Below, piece by piece: positions 12,168 through 22,481 of a stretch of 64,000 nucleotides of DNA. Both the position numbers and the translations under genes were made by a program. This DNA is from Podarcis muralis (Eukaryota), in contig NC_135671.1 in NCBI RefSeq assembly GCF_964188315.1, positions 38,192,001 through 38,256,000 of the forward strand. The letters run 5' to 3'. A model generated the notes under the pieces. It had not been told where the DNA came from. It did no database searches and was given only the letters and a program-made list of their open reading frames with translations. Positions within the stretch are counted from its first letter, which is position 1; each line of letters opens with the position of its first letter.

Positions 12168-12419
12168 GGTGTCCCTTAGGGTGGGGTGGGGGGTACTGCC
12201 CCTTGGTCCTGGCTTCCTCTCTGCCCCCCCACCACTCCTTCTCCTCCTCCTCCAGCTCGGGTGCTCTGCTCTCTGCCTGGCTGTGGCAGGGCTGGCTCTT
12301 CAGCCAGAGTCCGCTCTCACCCCACAATGCCCAGCCCTCAGCCTGACTAGGTGGGAGGGGACTGAGCCATGGCCATCCCTTAGAACCATAGAGAAAGCCT
12401 CGGGGCACCATAGAGAGGA

Positions 12420-12620
12420 CGGCGACAGACGGGCGCTCCTCGAGGCAGCCGCTAGGTGGCGCCTGGAAGAGTCGCGCGCGTGTTTAGCTCTTTCTCTCGC
12501 TCGCTTTTGCTCTTCCTTTAAATCGCTCGAATTCGGAGGTTTTAGACCCCGCTAGAGTCCACTGCACCAATCGCACCCAGTAAATACAGGATGTGTCCAG
12601 GCGTTCGTCTTAAATCCAGA
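12420..12620 (-). promoter_or_regulatory. Probable ABCD1 proximal promoter (small CpG-rich patch)
   Basis: CpG-dense segment about 250-450 nt upstream of the ATG, with TATA-like TTTAAA (12517-12522), CCAAT (12567-12571) and a CTCF-like motif (12449-12462). The start site itself cannot be read from sequence. Confidence 0.55.
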
Positions 12621-13802
12621 CGTTTTTGGGTTTTTTAACCCATTATTTTGGGGTTGGTTGATCTGCCGCATCCATCATTGCAAGCAATGGAGCTGTGGCT
12701 TCTAAAAAAACAACGGATGATTTATTTTCTAATTAGAAGACGCCGAGGAGGAGCATGTTCACTGCTTGCAACTCCCCGAGAGAACACAGTTACTGCGTGC
12801 TTAATTAATAATAAGTGCATGAATGTAGATGACTTTAAAGGTTTGACAATAAAACCTGATGTAACACACGAGGTTAAGAAAATATTTTTGCCATCAGGAA
12901 TCTGTTTGGAGGGTAGGGTGAGAAGGGGGTGCTGTTGGATGTCGGTTTTGTTATTTTGAAAAACCAATAACATATAGAATATATTTTAAAGCAAATTCTG
13001 TGTCCTGTTGGATGTGGGGTGTGTGTATGAAAGAGACACGAGCCCTCCTGGTTCAGGACCAATGGCCCATCTAGTCTGGCATCTTGTTCTCACTGGCCAA
13101 CCAGATGCCTACCCACAAGCGGGATCCGAGCACAAGAGCACTCACCTCTCCTCCAGGTTTCAGCAAGTGGTACTCAGAAGCATTGCGCCTCCAGCACTGA
13201 GGCGGAGCACAGCAATCATGGTGTGTGGGAGAATGGAAATTGCATTGCGTAGCGTTGTTAGATCATATCAAAAAGTCTTTCTGTTGTGGGTTCCAGATGT
13301 TGTTGGACTTTTAATTTCCATCAGCCCCAGCCAGCATGGCCAATGGTAAGAGATAATGAGACTTGTAGTCCAACACCATCTAGAGTAGGGATGGGCAACC
13401 TGTGGCAACCCTCCAGACCACCAGCTCCCATCGTCTGTGGTCATAGGTCAACCAAGTTCCAGTGTTTTGGAGTTGTAGTCTAAAATATATGGAAAGCACC
13501 AGTTTGGGCAGATTGTTCTAGGCAGTTACTGGGGTACCATTTCAAGCGCAGGGAGCAGCTTCCAACAAAATGGAATTTCACTTCCTTTCATGCCCTAGAA
13601 GATGCACAGTTATGGGTGCATATTGAGGGGAAATGTTTTGGCAGCATCAATGGTTTCGTGAGCTCAAGAGATAATGGACATGGTGAGTATGCTTATGTAT
13701 GAGGAGAGGATTAGATTATTTTGCTAGCTCAGTAATCCACCCCTACTCAAGTTTGAACACACCAATACTTTATGTCTTTGTGAGTTCCTAAACTATACTC
13801 TG

Positions 13803-14163
13803 AGGTGGCGCTGTGGTCTAAACCACTGAGCCTAGGGCTTGCTGATCGGAAGGCTGGCAGTTCGAATCCCCGTGACAGGGTGAGCTCCTGTTGCTCGGTC
13901 CCACCTCCTGCCAACCTAGCAGTTCAGAAGCACGTCAAAGTGCAAGTAGATAAATAGGTACCACTCTGACGGGAAGGCAATTGGCGTTTCTGTGCGCTGC
14001 TCCGGTTTTGCCAGAAGCAGCTTAGCTATGCTGGCCACATGACCCGGAAAAACTGTCTGCAGACAAACGTCAGCTCCCTTGACCAGTAAAACGAGATGAG
14101 CGCCGCAACCCCAGAGTTGTTTGCGACCGGACTTAACTGTCAGAGGTCCTTTACCTTTATCTT
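13803..14163 (+). mobile_element. Sauria SINE, more diverged variant
   Basis: Head, body and tail are present, with a 14-bp TSD taaactatactctg (13789-13802 / 14164-14177). Confidence 0.92.
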
Positions 14164-17100
14164 TAAACTATACTCTGCTCAGTATGTTAGAGTTTCTATA
14201 ACAAATAGACAATCCAAAAGCTTAAAAAACTGCTAGTGTGAGTAGGTGTACAAAGTTCAGAGCTGGCACCATAGAGATAAACATTAGACTCTGTCCTGAT
14301 TGTTATCACTGCGGGTTCTTTAATTTACCCCTCAAATGTCTTTTTAATCTGAAGGAGCTAAAGGTCATAGTTCTTTTAGAGGAAGGAGCTGAAGTCCTCA
14401 AAACCCCAATGTCAGCAAAGTCCTGAAGTTTTCCCACCAGCTGCATGCAGGATGCCCATGGATGAAACCCATCCCAAGGTTTGTGATTAAGCCTCAAGAT
14501 CTTCCAGTTTGCATTCTTTACAAAACAACTGCCTGGGATTTCACAATAACTCAAAGGGTTTCCTTGACTTCATGGCATGTATATATTTCAGAAAGCAATT
14601 ATTTGTTGATGTCATGCTTACATCGCATCCTTATATAACCAAAGGCTAGGAAGCAAGAATGCTACTATGAGCAAGGACCCCATGACAAGTTTCACAATAA
14701 CAGCCACATTAGGATCCAATAAAACATTCCTTTCAGGCTTGCTGCTAAACTGAGCTAGCCATGGTGACTGGAGGAGAGCTGGTATGTCCTTGGTGATCAG
14801 TCTGCTCCTTTGGCCGTGATGCTTGCAAAGTCTGTTTGACTACATGTATAGTGGCATCACTGCTGCAGAAGCCAGGTCCTCAATGACTGGGTACTCTGCT
14901 GTAACTATGGTTAGTATTTGTTCTGATTAAGCCAAGGTGCTGCACACACAGCAAGTGTTCAAGAGCACATATGCAAAGTGGCTGGTTGTTAATATGGCAG
15001 AGGTAGAAAAGGGCAGGTATTGTGGCAACGCTCAATTGAGTGCAATGCACCAAGCATGTGCATGCCCCTGCTTCTCTGCCAGAACCCAGTTCCAGCTCCT
15101 ATTGGAATCCTCCCCATGGCAAGAATTGGAAACCGGTTCTTGGAAAGACAGTAAAGTAAAAAAAGGGCAGAACTAGAATCTCCTTTTCACTGCAGTGCTT
15201 TGACATAAACATGCCTTCCGCCCAGCACAGCAGTGTTTGGCTGGCCTGGAGGAGCCAGAAGATTAAAAAGAACCCGGGGATGTGGAGTTTGGACTGTTGG
15301 CTACTGTATTTCCACGTCTCTATCTTTGCACGGAAGAGCCTATTGCCTGCGAATGGGAACCTGAAGTCTCGTTAGCCTGGAAATCACTAAGGCCACTACC
15401 CTTTGGCATTGCCATGGCAACCGAGGTTTCCTGTAGTGTCATGACAGTTGCTCTTTTTGTTCCTACAGAGATAAGAAAATGTAGAGTAACACACCATCTA
15501 AACTAGAAGTATGAAATTAAATTGACAGCTGCCAGTGGGTCAGAGGTGAAAATTCCTTTTGGTAATTAAACAGTAGCAGCCAATTCAGTTTAATGAGATG
15601 AGTACCAATAAAAGCCCTGTTCTTTTTCAAGTACCAGAAACAGAAACCTGACTAGAACTGCATCCCCTCCATCTGTTCCTGGTTGCCATGCCACCTTTCC
15701 ACTTTTTATCACGTAATTTAAAAATCAAAATAAATAAATTCGGCACTGAGGTTCTGATGAAAGCAGTGTAGCAGGAACTCCCCCACCCCAATCATTCTGT
15801 TTGCACAAACTTCACACACACTCACACTCACACACTACATACGCCACATTTCTGTTATAAATTCATAGAAAATCAACCATACATCGGATTTGCACTGTTC
15901 CATTTTTATTTTACTCCATATGACAAGAAATAACAAAGGGGGGTGACTTATTCCTGGTCAGCCATAATCCCTCCACCATCTCAGCACATCTCAGCACATC
16001 TGCAGGAGCCCTGCCCAGATGATCCCAGACAGAAGACAATCAAGACCACAAAGAACTTGCATATGGGAGTGGATTCAACACGGGCTGAAACAAAGGACAA
16101 TGATCAGATCTTCCCTCAGGGGGCAGGAAACTGCAAACTCCCCTTTGTCTCCTGGAAGTGACTCATGGGGAGGGGGGAAAGGAGGAACCAGCCAGGTGAC
16201 AAGACACTCAGGTTACCACCAACTCCTCCCTCAACCCCTCCTTTCTGTAATGTATGCATGATGTTTCTGGGGGTGGGCTTGACCTAGAGGAGGGGAATTT
16301 CAAAAGTTTTTATAAGACCTTGCACACTATTCTTCTGGGTCTTTCCTCTCTCCTGCAAGTGAGGGGAACACCCTGATGCATCAGTTCAATAAAGGCCAAG
16401 CCTACAGGCTGCTGTTTTGCTCCAAGTTATCCTGGTTGGTGTCTTTGTTTTTGTCCAAGGGAGCCCTCAGATTTTTTCCGTTAACAGCAGGAACCACAGA
16501 GATACAAATGAGTTTGAGATTAAGAATTCCACTTTGTGGACCTTGCTTCCAGTTCCACTTTGAACATTGCCCTATGGGGGTCAAGAGCCCAATACGGGAT
16601 GTGGGGAGCTGCCCCAAGCATGATGAACAGGGCCAACTCAATATATTTTGGCACCTGAGGCAAACCACAAAATGGTACCACCTCCTGCCAGGGAAGAAGG
16701 GGTGAGTGAAGATCTGTCTGTGGATTCTGCCGCCTGAGGCTGGCACCTTACTTGCTCATGGTTGTGCCCCAGACAGTTCTCATTTTATAGTACTGTTTCC
16801 TTCTCCCTGGTTCAGACCAGACTTGTCCATTTTGCAGACTAGTCTTTCTCAGTTAACTTTTGACACTATTCCTCCACCCCTCTCAATCACCCTCCAGTTT
16901 AGTGGGGCAGAAGTGAAAACAGCTGTCAGGAGAAAGCAGAAAAGCCTAGCTATTTAGGACAGCTGTTATCTGGCAGCTCCACAAACTCCTCAGTCAAAAA
17001 CAGGGAAGCAAAAGAAATGGGAGTTTGTAGTTTTTGGGACTGATTGATTTGATTAATTTACCTACATGTCACTTTTCCACCATGAGCTGTACCCAAAGCA

Positions 17101-17629
17101 CTTTACAGCAAACATTTAAAAACATCAAAATAAAGACCATTGGAAATACAAATATGCAAAATACAGAACATGGCAATAAATTAAAAAATGACAAAAATCG
17201 GCAATTTGGAAAACACAGACTATATTCAATATTACAAAAATAAAAGGAAATATAATTAAAATAAATATAGCAATATATAGCATAACAATTTTTTTTTGCT
17301 GTGAATTTATCTTTACTTTTTAAAAAAATGTGCTGCAGATGTAGACACAATTATCCCCATACTGCAGATGTGGGGAGGGAGGCGAAGGAAGCGGTTTTCT
17401 CCACAATATACTGTAGTCCAATTTTATTAGCCCCAGGTTTGTGGAGGGAGCTGAGGCTGTGACCCTATGAAGCTGTATTGTTTATTCACTCATATTAAAT
17501 TTTTGCCTTCCAAATGCATGTCAAAATAACATATATTTTTAAATAGCTAAATATAGGTTTAAAACAATACAAAATTAGCACCCAAGTTGTTGAAATAAAA
17601 AAAAGTCTTCAATTGTTTCTGAAAAATAC

Positions 17630-18376
17630 TGTTGTGAGTTTGCGGGGGGACCACCCTAAACCCTATAAATTAATAAATGGTAGGATTTTATTTGGAGAAT
17701 TGAAGGGAAGATTGCAGGCCAGAGGAAAAATACAGGTCAAGCTTTCTTTCCAAGCCAGAACCTCACCTGGGATAGAGGCATTAACATGACAAAAAGGCGT
17801 TGATGGCTCATTTAAGAGGAATCTTGGGCCTGGATAGAAAGTTGCTAGAGTAACTGGGTGTGAGTTGAAAGGTAAAGAATGTCTTTTGCAAGCGTGCTGG
17901 AGAGGAGAGGAGAGGAGAGAGAGAGAGAGAGAGATCCATCTTGGGCAGGCTGGCTGAGAGAGATGCCTTAGACCAGGGGTCGGCAACCTGTGGTCCACGG
18001 GGGCAGTTTAACCGGCCCACGAGCCACCCCTGAACCAAGCCGCCCGCTTGGTGAGTCCCAGTGCGCTGCACTAAGCAGTGCGGTGTGGTGCGGAAAATCG
18101 TGTCTGTGTATGCCCAGACGCCAGAAATCGCATATGTGCATGTTCAGATGCTGGTAAAATCGCATGTGCGCAATCAGGCCCACGGAGAGATCTCCGCGGG
18201 ACTCGACTGACCCAGGCAGGTGAAACCTTGCCGACCCCTGCCTTAAGACTCCATGGCTGCACTGCTGTGGGGAACAAGCTTTGCTTGACATGACCATGCT
18301 GTTAAGATCTGGACTCCTTCCATGCAATCTGAAGGTGTAAATATGTGAATAAATCATATTTCTTAAAGGTACAACA
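17630..18376 (+). mobile_element. Solo-LTR-like element interrupted by a hAT MITE
   Basis: Bounded by TGTTGT...ACAACA, with an internal (AG)n run and AATAAA near the 3' end. No clean TSD. Confidence 0.4.
17974..18240. mobile_element. hAT MITE
   Basis: Perfect 13-bp TIRs CAGGGGTCGGCAA / TTGCCGACCCCTG; degenerate TSD ccttagac / ccttaaga. Confidence 0.85.
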
Positions 18377-20079
18377 GTCTCCACTGCGTCTTGAATACTG
18401 GTGAAGGCACTTATGCTACGTTCAAGCTGCCATGCTCAACAGGCCACTCTCCCCACAATAGGCAGTGGGGTTGGCAGGGAACGAGGGGTGGCATTTCCCT
18501 TGGAAGGGGTGGCTGGAGACTGCAGTGTTTGCGTAGCCAGCAAGGCTGACGCGCAGCGTTAAATTAATAATGCAGAGTTTTAAAGAATAAAAGCTTTACT
18601 GAGTTAAAATAAACTTCTTCATAAACAACATGGTTCCAAACAGTTTGACTGAGATTACATACTGACTCTGTTCACAACTGAAACAGACAGACTCTCACTG
18701 ACATCTTACTTAGAGAGCACAAAAGAGAAAGTGGCTACTAAGTCAGTGTCAGAGTGACTCCACAGTTAGCAGTTAGGCCTGGATAACTTTAGTAGGCCCA
18801 AAATGACTGGGCAGTCCCAGCACTTCCCAGCCTGCTTGGCTGCTTCTGCTCTCATGTGTCTTTGTCACATGACAAAGGCCAGGTGAAAAGTGTACACTCC
18901 ACTGCCCAGTGAAAGCGCACTTGCTTTGCATGTGCAAAGTCCCAGATTCAGTTAAGTCTTCTTTATTTGTTAGTTTAAAGGATCTCAAGTTGCGTATGAT
19001 GGAGAAGACCCCTTTGTGAGGGATGCTAGCTGTTAATAATAGAATATACTGGGGAAGATAGGCTGACAATCTGTCCAGGTATAAGGCAGGTCTGGCTATC
19101 CTATAGCCAGCTTTCCCCTTATACATGCTATTCCTTTAAAGCCTATTTTGAAGCACATTCTTGCCCCTGAAAATACTTGAGGGCATCGGTACCTTGGGGC
19201 TGCTGTGGCTTGTAACTGTGAGGGGTCAACTACAGTGCCCACTGCAAGCTCACTGTCCAGAGAACGCCATCACCCTGTGGTCTTGCAGTTCACTCCTATG
19301 CAAGCTGTGCAGAAACAAACCCCACTGAGCCAGGCGCCTTTGGGTGTAGCAAGACCAGTACCACAAACTGTATTGTGAGTTAACTTTCCTTTTTGCTTTG
19401 TATTTATGTACTTAAGCCTAGATTGGTGTTGGGTGGGTTGGTTGGTTGTTTGTATGTATGTGTGTGTGTGTGTGGGGTAATACTCAATTTATTCTGCGTC
19501 TGCTAAATTGCTTTTAAAAAAATTTACTGGCATACTCTGCATCTTGCACGTTTGCCTTTCCAAGGCTTTGCAACGTTTGCTGTGGGCTGCTTTTTGGGCG
19601 CAGCTTGTCATGCAAAAGTAGCAAGTTAAGTAATATTATAATAAAATTTGGGGTTGACTTTTAAAGTCCCAATTTCCCACCAAGGGACCCAGGATCCGCT
19701 GCTCGTTATCGGTCAGAGAAGAATGAGTGGAGGCAGGAACCAGTCGAGGAAAGCAAGGCCGATCTGTATTTTTCTGTTGCAAGAATCCCCCCTTCCCATT
19801 TTTCTGCGGAGCGTGTGCCCGCTATATATACACGCATCTTCATTTTTTTTATAGCCGCAAAGCCGACTCATCGGCTCAATGGGGCGGCCCCACATTGCAA
19901 GCACCCAACCTAAAATGGAGGTCCCTTGGAGGCGCGCATGTGCGCAACTCCAGCCCTTTCGAGAGAGTCCCAAGAAAACAACTTTTCTGCTCTTTTACGG
20001 CGCCCGCTTGCTTCCTTTGCCGGGGCTCGCGCTCCCTTTGCATAAGAAGAAACCAAACCAAATAAGAAGCTAAGAATAA

Positions 20080-20259
20080 AGACGCGGCAGCAAAGGCGGG
20101 CAGCGGCGGCGATGGCGAGGCGTCTTCCGCCCGGCTGGGCCGCCCTCTTCCTCCCGGCCGACGAGAGCCTGGGATGCCGCGCCCAGCGCCGGGAGAGGCG
20201 GGGCCTGCCAGCCTTCTAGTTCCGACTTCGGCCGCAGCTGGGCTCTGCTGGAGGGCCTG
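20080..20259 (+). other. BCAP31: Putative non-coding BCAP31 exon 1 (start approximate; donor at 20259)
   Basis: Best donor-like site in the island is CTG|GTAAAT. Human BCAP31 has a non-coding first exon. The 5' end is a guess. Confidence 0.5.
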
Positions 20260-20759
20260 GTAAATGGGGCGCCGCCCGGCCTTGGCCCCGGGGGCAGCGC
20301 GAGGGAGCGGGGCGGGGGCGCGCAGAGGCCTCCCCGGGAGAGAGGGGCTCCGGCGCGGGTTCTCGCTGCTTCCCCAGGCAGGCTCTTCTCGGTGTGCCTT
20401 CGCCCCTCTTGCCCCTCTGAAATGTCGCGGGGGCGGGAAGCAAGAGGCGTGCGCCGCCCCGGCTCCAGCTCCCTGAATCCCCATTCCCAGGCGCGGCCAG
20501 CCTTTAGTCGCGCGCAATCAACTCTTCCCCACGTTCCTCTGGGGCTGCGTGTCTGCGGGTGAGACGCCTCGGAGGCAGCGGACGAAACCCGTCAGCGCGC
20601 AGGTTTCTCCGTTTGCTGCTGCTCCTGCTGGGCGTTTGTGTGGGAAGAGGCGCGCACAGACCGGTTCTGCAACAATCCTGCCTCCTCGGTGGTTCGCAGG
20701 AGCCCTGTTGGATCCTGCGGCTGGCTCTGCTGGCTATAAAGCGTGGGAGAAAACGCATT

Positions 20760-20935
20760 GCCTTATTGCAGGGGCGAAACTGGGCTTTATTTCACCCGGG
20801 TTAAAGACCCAGACTGGCAAAAGAAAACCCGTGCATTTGCGAACGCACACAGGCTGGTGCCCCCCCCCCGGAGGCGTCACCCGGGGCAAAAAACCCGGCT
20901 AGCCCCCGCTCCCCGCGTAGCTACGGCTCTGACTT
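20760..20935. mobile_element. Interspersed repeat at the CpG-island edge; inverted paralog at about 32040-32230
   Basis: Shares the blocks GGCTTTATTTCAC..GGG.AAAGACCCAG, GGCTAGCCCCC and TAGCTACGGCTCT with the intron 4 copy. The end resembles a hAT TIR. Confidence 0.65.
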
Positions 20936-21690
20936 ATTGCTCGGCCATTTCTGAAGTTTAACAACCTAGAAGCAAGCTTTAGAGTTAGACAGAACTCCCC
21001 CCCCCGCCTTTTTAAGGCCTTGGGTTTCCCTAGCAAACCAAAAATTTGCTTTGCACCTTGCCTTGAAAGCTGTGTTCCCAGTACATACTGCAAAGGGAAT
21101 GATTTTCCTTGCCCTGCCCACGTGTTCTCTGAATGTGGCTGATGGTGTAACACTCTGGGAGGCGGATAGAACTTTTTCTGGTGCTTTCTCTGGGCGTGGA
21201 AGTGAGGCAGGGAACGGTAAAGGAAACCCCCGTTTGCTGGTGGGCTATTTCTGCACCGAATGCTCAGATAAAAGGAAGTGAACAGGCTGTGGCAACCCCT
21301 CTGCTGTCCTGGCGGTTATGGGCCTGTTCCAGGATTGCCTCCATGCCTGCACTTTTTCAAGTAATATGCTGAAATATTGGAGAAGAGCTTTCTAGTCTCA
21401 AATGCAACTCTTCCATGGGGTTTGTGCAAAGGTTGTAAAGGTAGCAAAGGGTGAAATATTGCTTGCTTCTAAACACTGATGCTTGCTGTGGAGCTGGAGG
21501 CCTACAAGTTGTTACTGAATGAACTGCCTGTTAGGTGGGGCACTATCCTGGTGTCCATGGCAGCATCACTCCCTAAATGTTTGCGCAGGAAAGATGGTAC
21601 TGAACAGAAAGCGCTACTTTTGTTTCTTTCCCTAAAAGAGTTTTCCTTGGGTTGTCAGACCCTGCCCCAAGGCCCCTGCTTATTTGCATT

Positions 21691-22338
21691 AAGGTAGAGG
21701 TAAAGGGACCCCTGAAGGGACGCGGGTGGCGCTGTGGGTAAAAGCCTCAGCGCCTAGGGCTTGCCGATCGAAAGGTCGGCGGTTTGAATCCCCGCGGCGG
21801 GGTGCGCTCCCGCTGCTCGGTCCCAGCGCCTGCCAACCTAGCAGTTCGAAAGCACCCCCGGGTGCAAGTAGATAAATAGGGACCGCTTACTGGCAGGAAG
21901 GTAAACGGTGTTTCCGTGTGCGGCTCTGGCTCACCAGATGCAGCTTTGTCACGCTGGCCACGTGACCCGGAAGTGTCTCCGGACAGCGCTGGCCCCCGGC
22001 CTCTTAAGTGAGATGGGCGCACAACCCCAGAGTCTGGCAAGACTGGCCCGTACGGGCAGGGGTACCTTTACCTTTACCTTTAAAGGGACCCCTGACCGTT
22101 AGGTCTAGTCGTGACCGACTCTGGGGTTGCGGCGCTCATCTCGCTTTACTGGCTAAGGGAGCCGGCGTACAGCTTCCGGGTCATGTGGCCAGCATGACTA
22201 AGCCGCTTCTGGCGAACCAGAGCAGTGCACGGAAACACCGTTTACCTTCCCGCTGGAGTGGTACCTATTTATCTACTTGCACTTTGACGTGCTTTCGAAC
22301 TGCTAGGTTGGCAGGAGCAGGGACCGAGCGACGGGAGC
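21691..22338 (-). mobile_element. Sauria SINE subtype A (host, 5'-truncated), split by a younger SINE
   Basis: Tail at 21691-21715; body resumes at 22096 and runs to about 22338. Confidence 0.88.
21716..22080 (+). mobile_element. Sauria SINE subtype B nested in the subtype A copy
   Basis: Full length, with a perfect 15-bp TSD taaagggacccctga (21701-21715 / 22081-22095). Confidence 0.93.
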
Positions 22339-22356
22339 ATTAGACTGTGCCTAAAG

Positions 22357-22481
22357 CAGGCATGGGGAACCTGTGGCCCTCAAAGTTGTTGTTGAGCTAC
22401 AAGCCTGGTCATTGGCTGGGGCTGATGGGAAGGAGCTGCAGTCCAGTAACATCTGAAGGGTCACAGATTCCCCCAACCCTA
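22357..22481. mobile_element. Hairpin hAT-type MITE
   Basis: Left end CAGGCATGGGGAACCTGTGG, degenerate right TIR and the ACTACAA..C/GATGGGAG core family. Confidence 0.65.

Larger units (their letters stand above)
19690..20960. promoter_or_regulatory. CpG island / BCAP31 promoter
   Basis: Strongly GC- and CpG-rich relative to its flanks. Contains NRF1-like GCGCATGTGCGCA (19934-19946), a GC box AGGCGGGG (20196-20203) and TATATATA (19823-19830); lies 3.4 kb upstream of BCAP31 exon 2. Confidence 0.85.

Noticed and set aside
11815-12555. 246-aa plus-strand ORF antisense to ABCD1 exon 1
   Set aside because: Shadow ORF of GC-rich coding DNA with no ATG start and no recognisable domain.
19876-20517. 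213-aa minus ORF and other ORFs in the CpG island
   Set aside because: Low-complexity Pro/Ala/Arg/Gly ORFs are expected in stop-poor GC-rich DNA.
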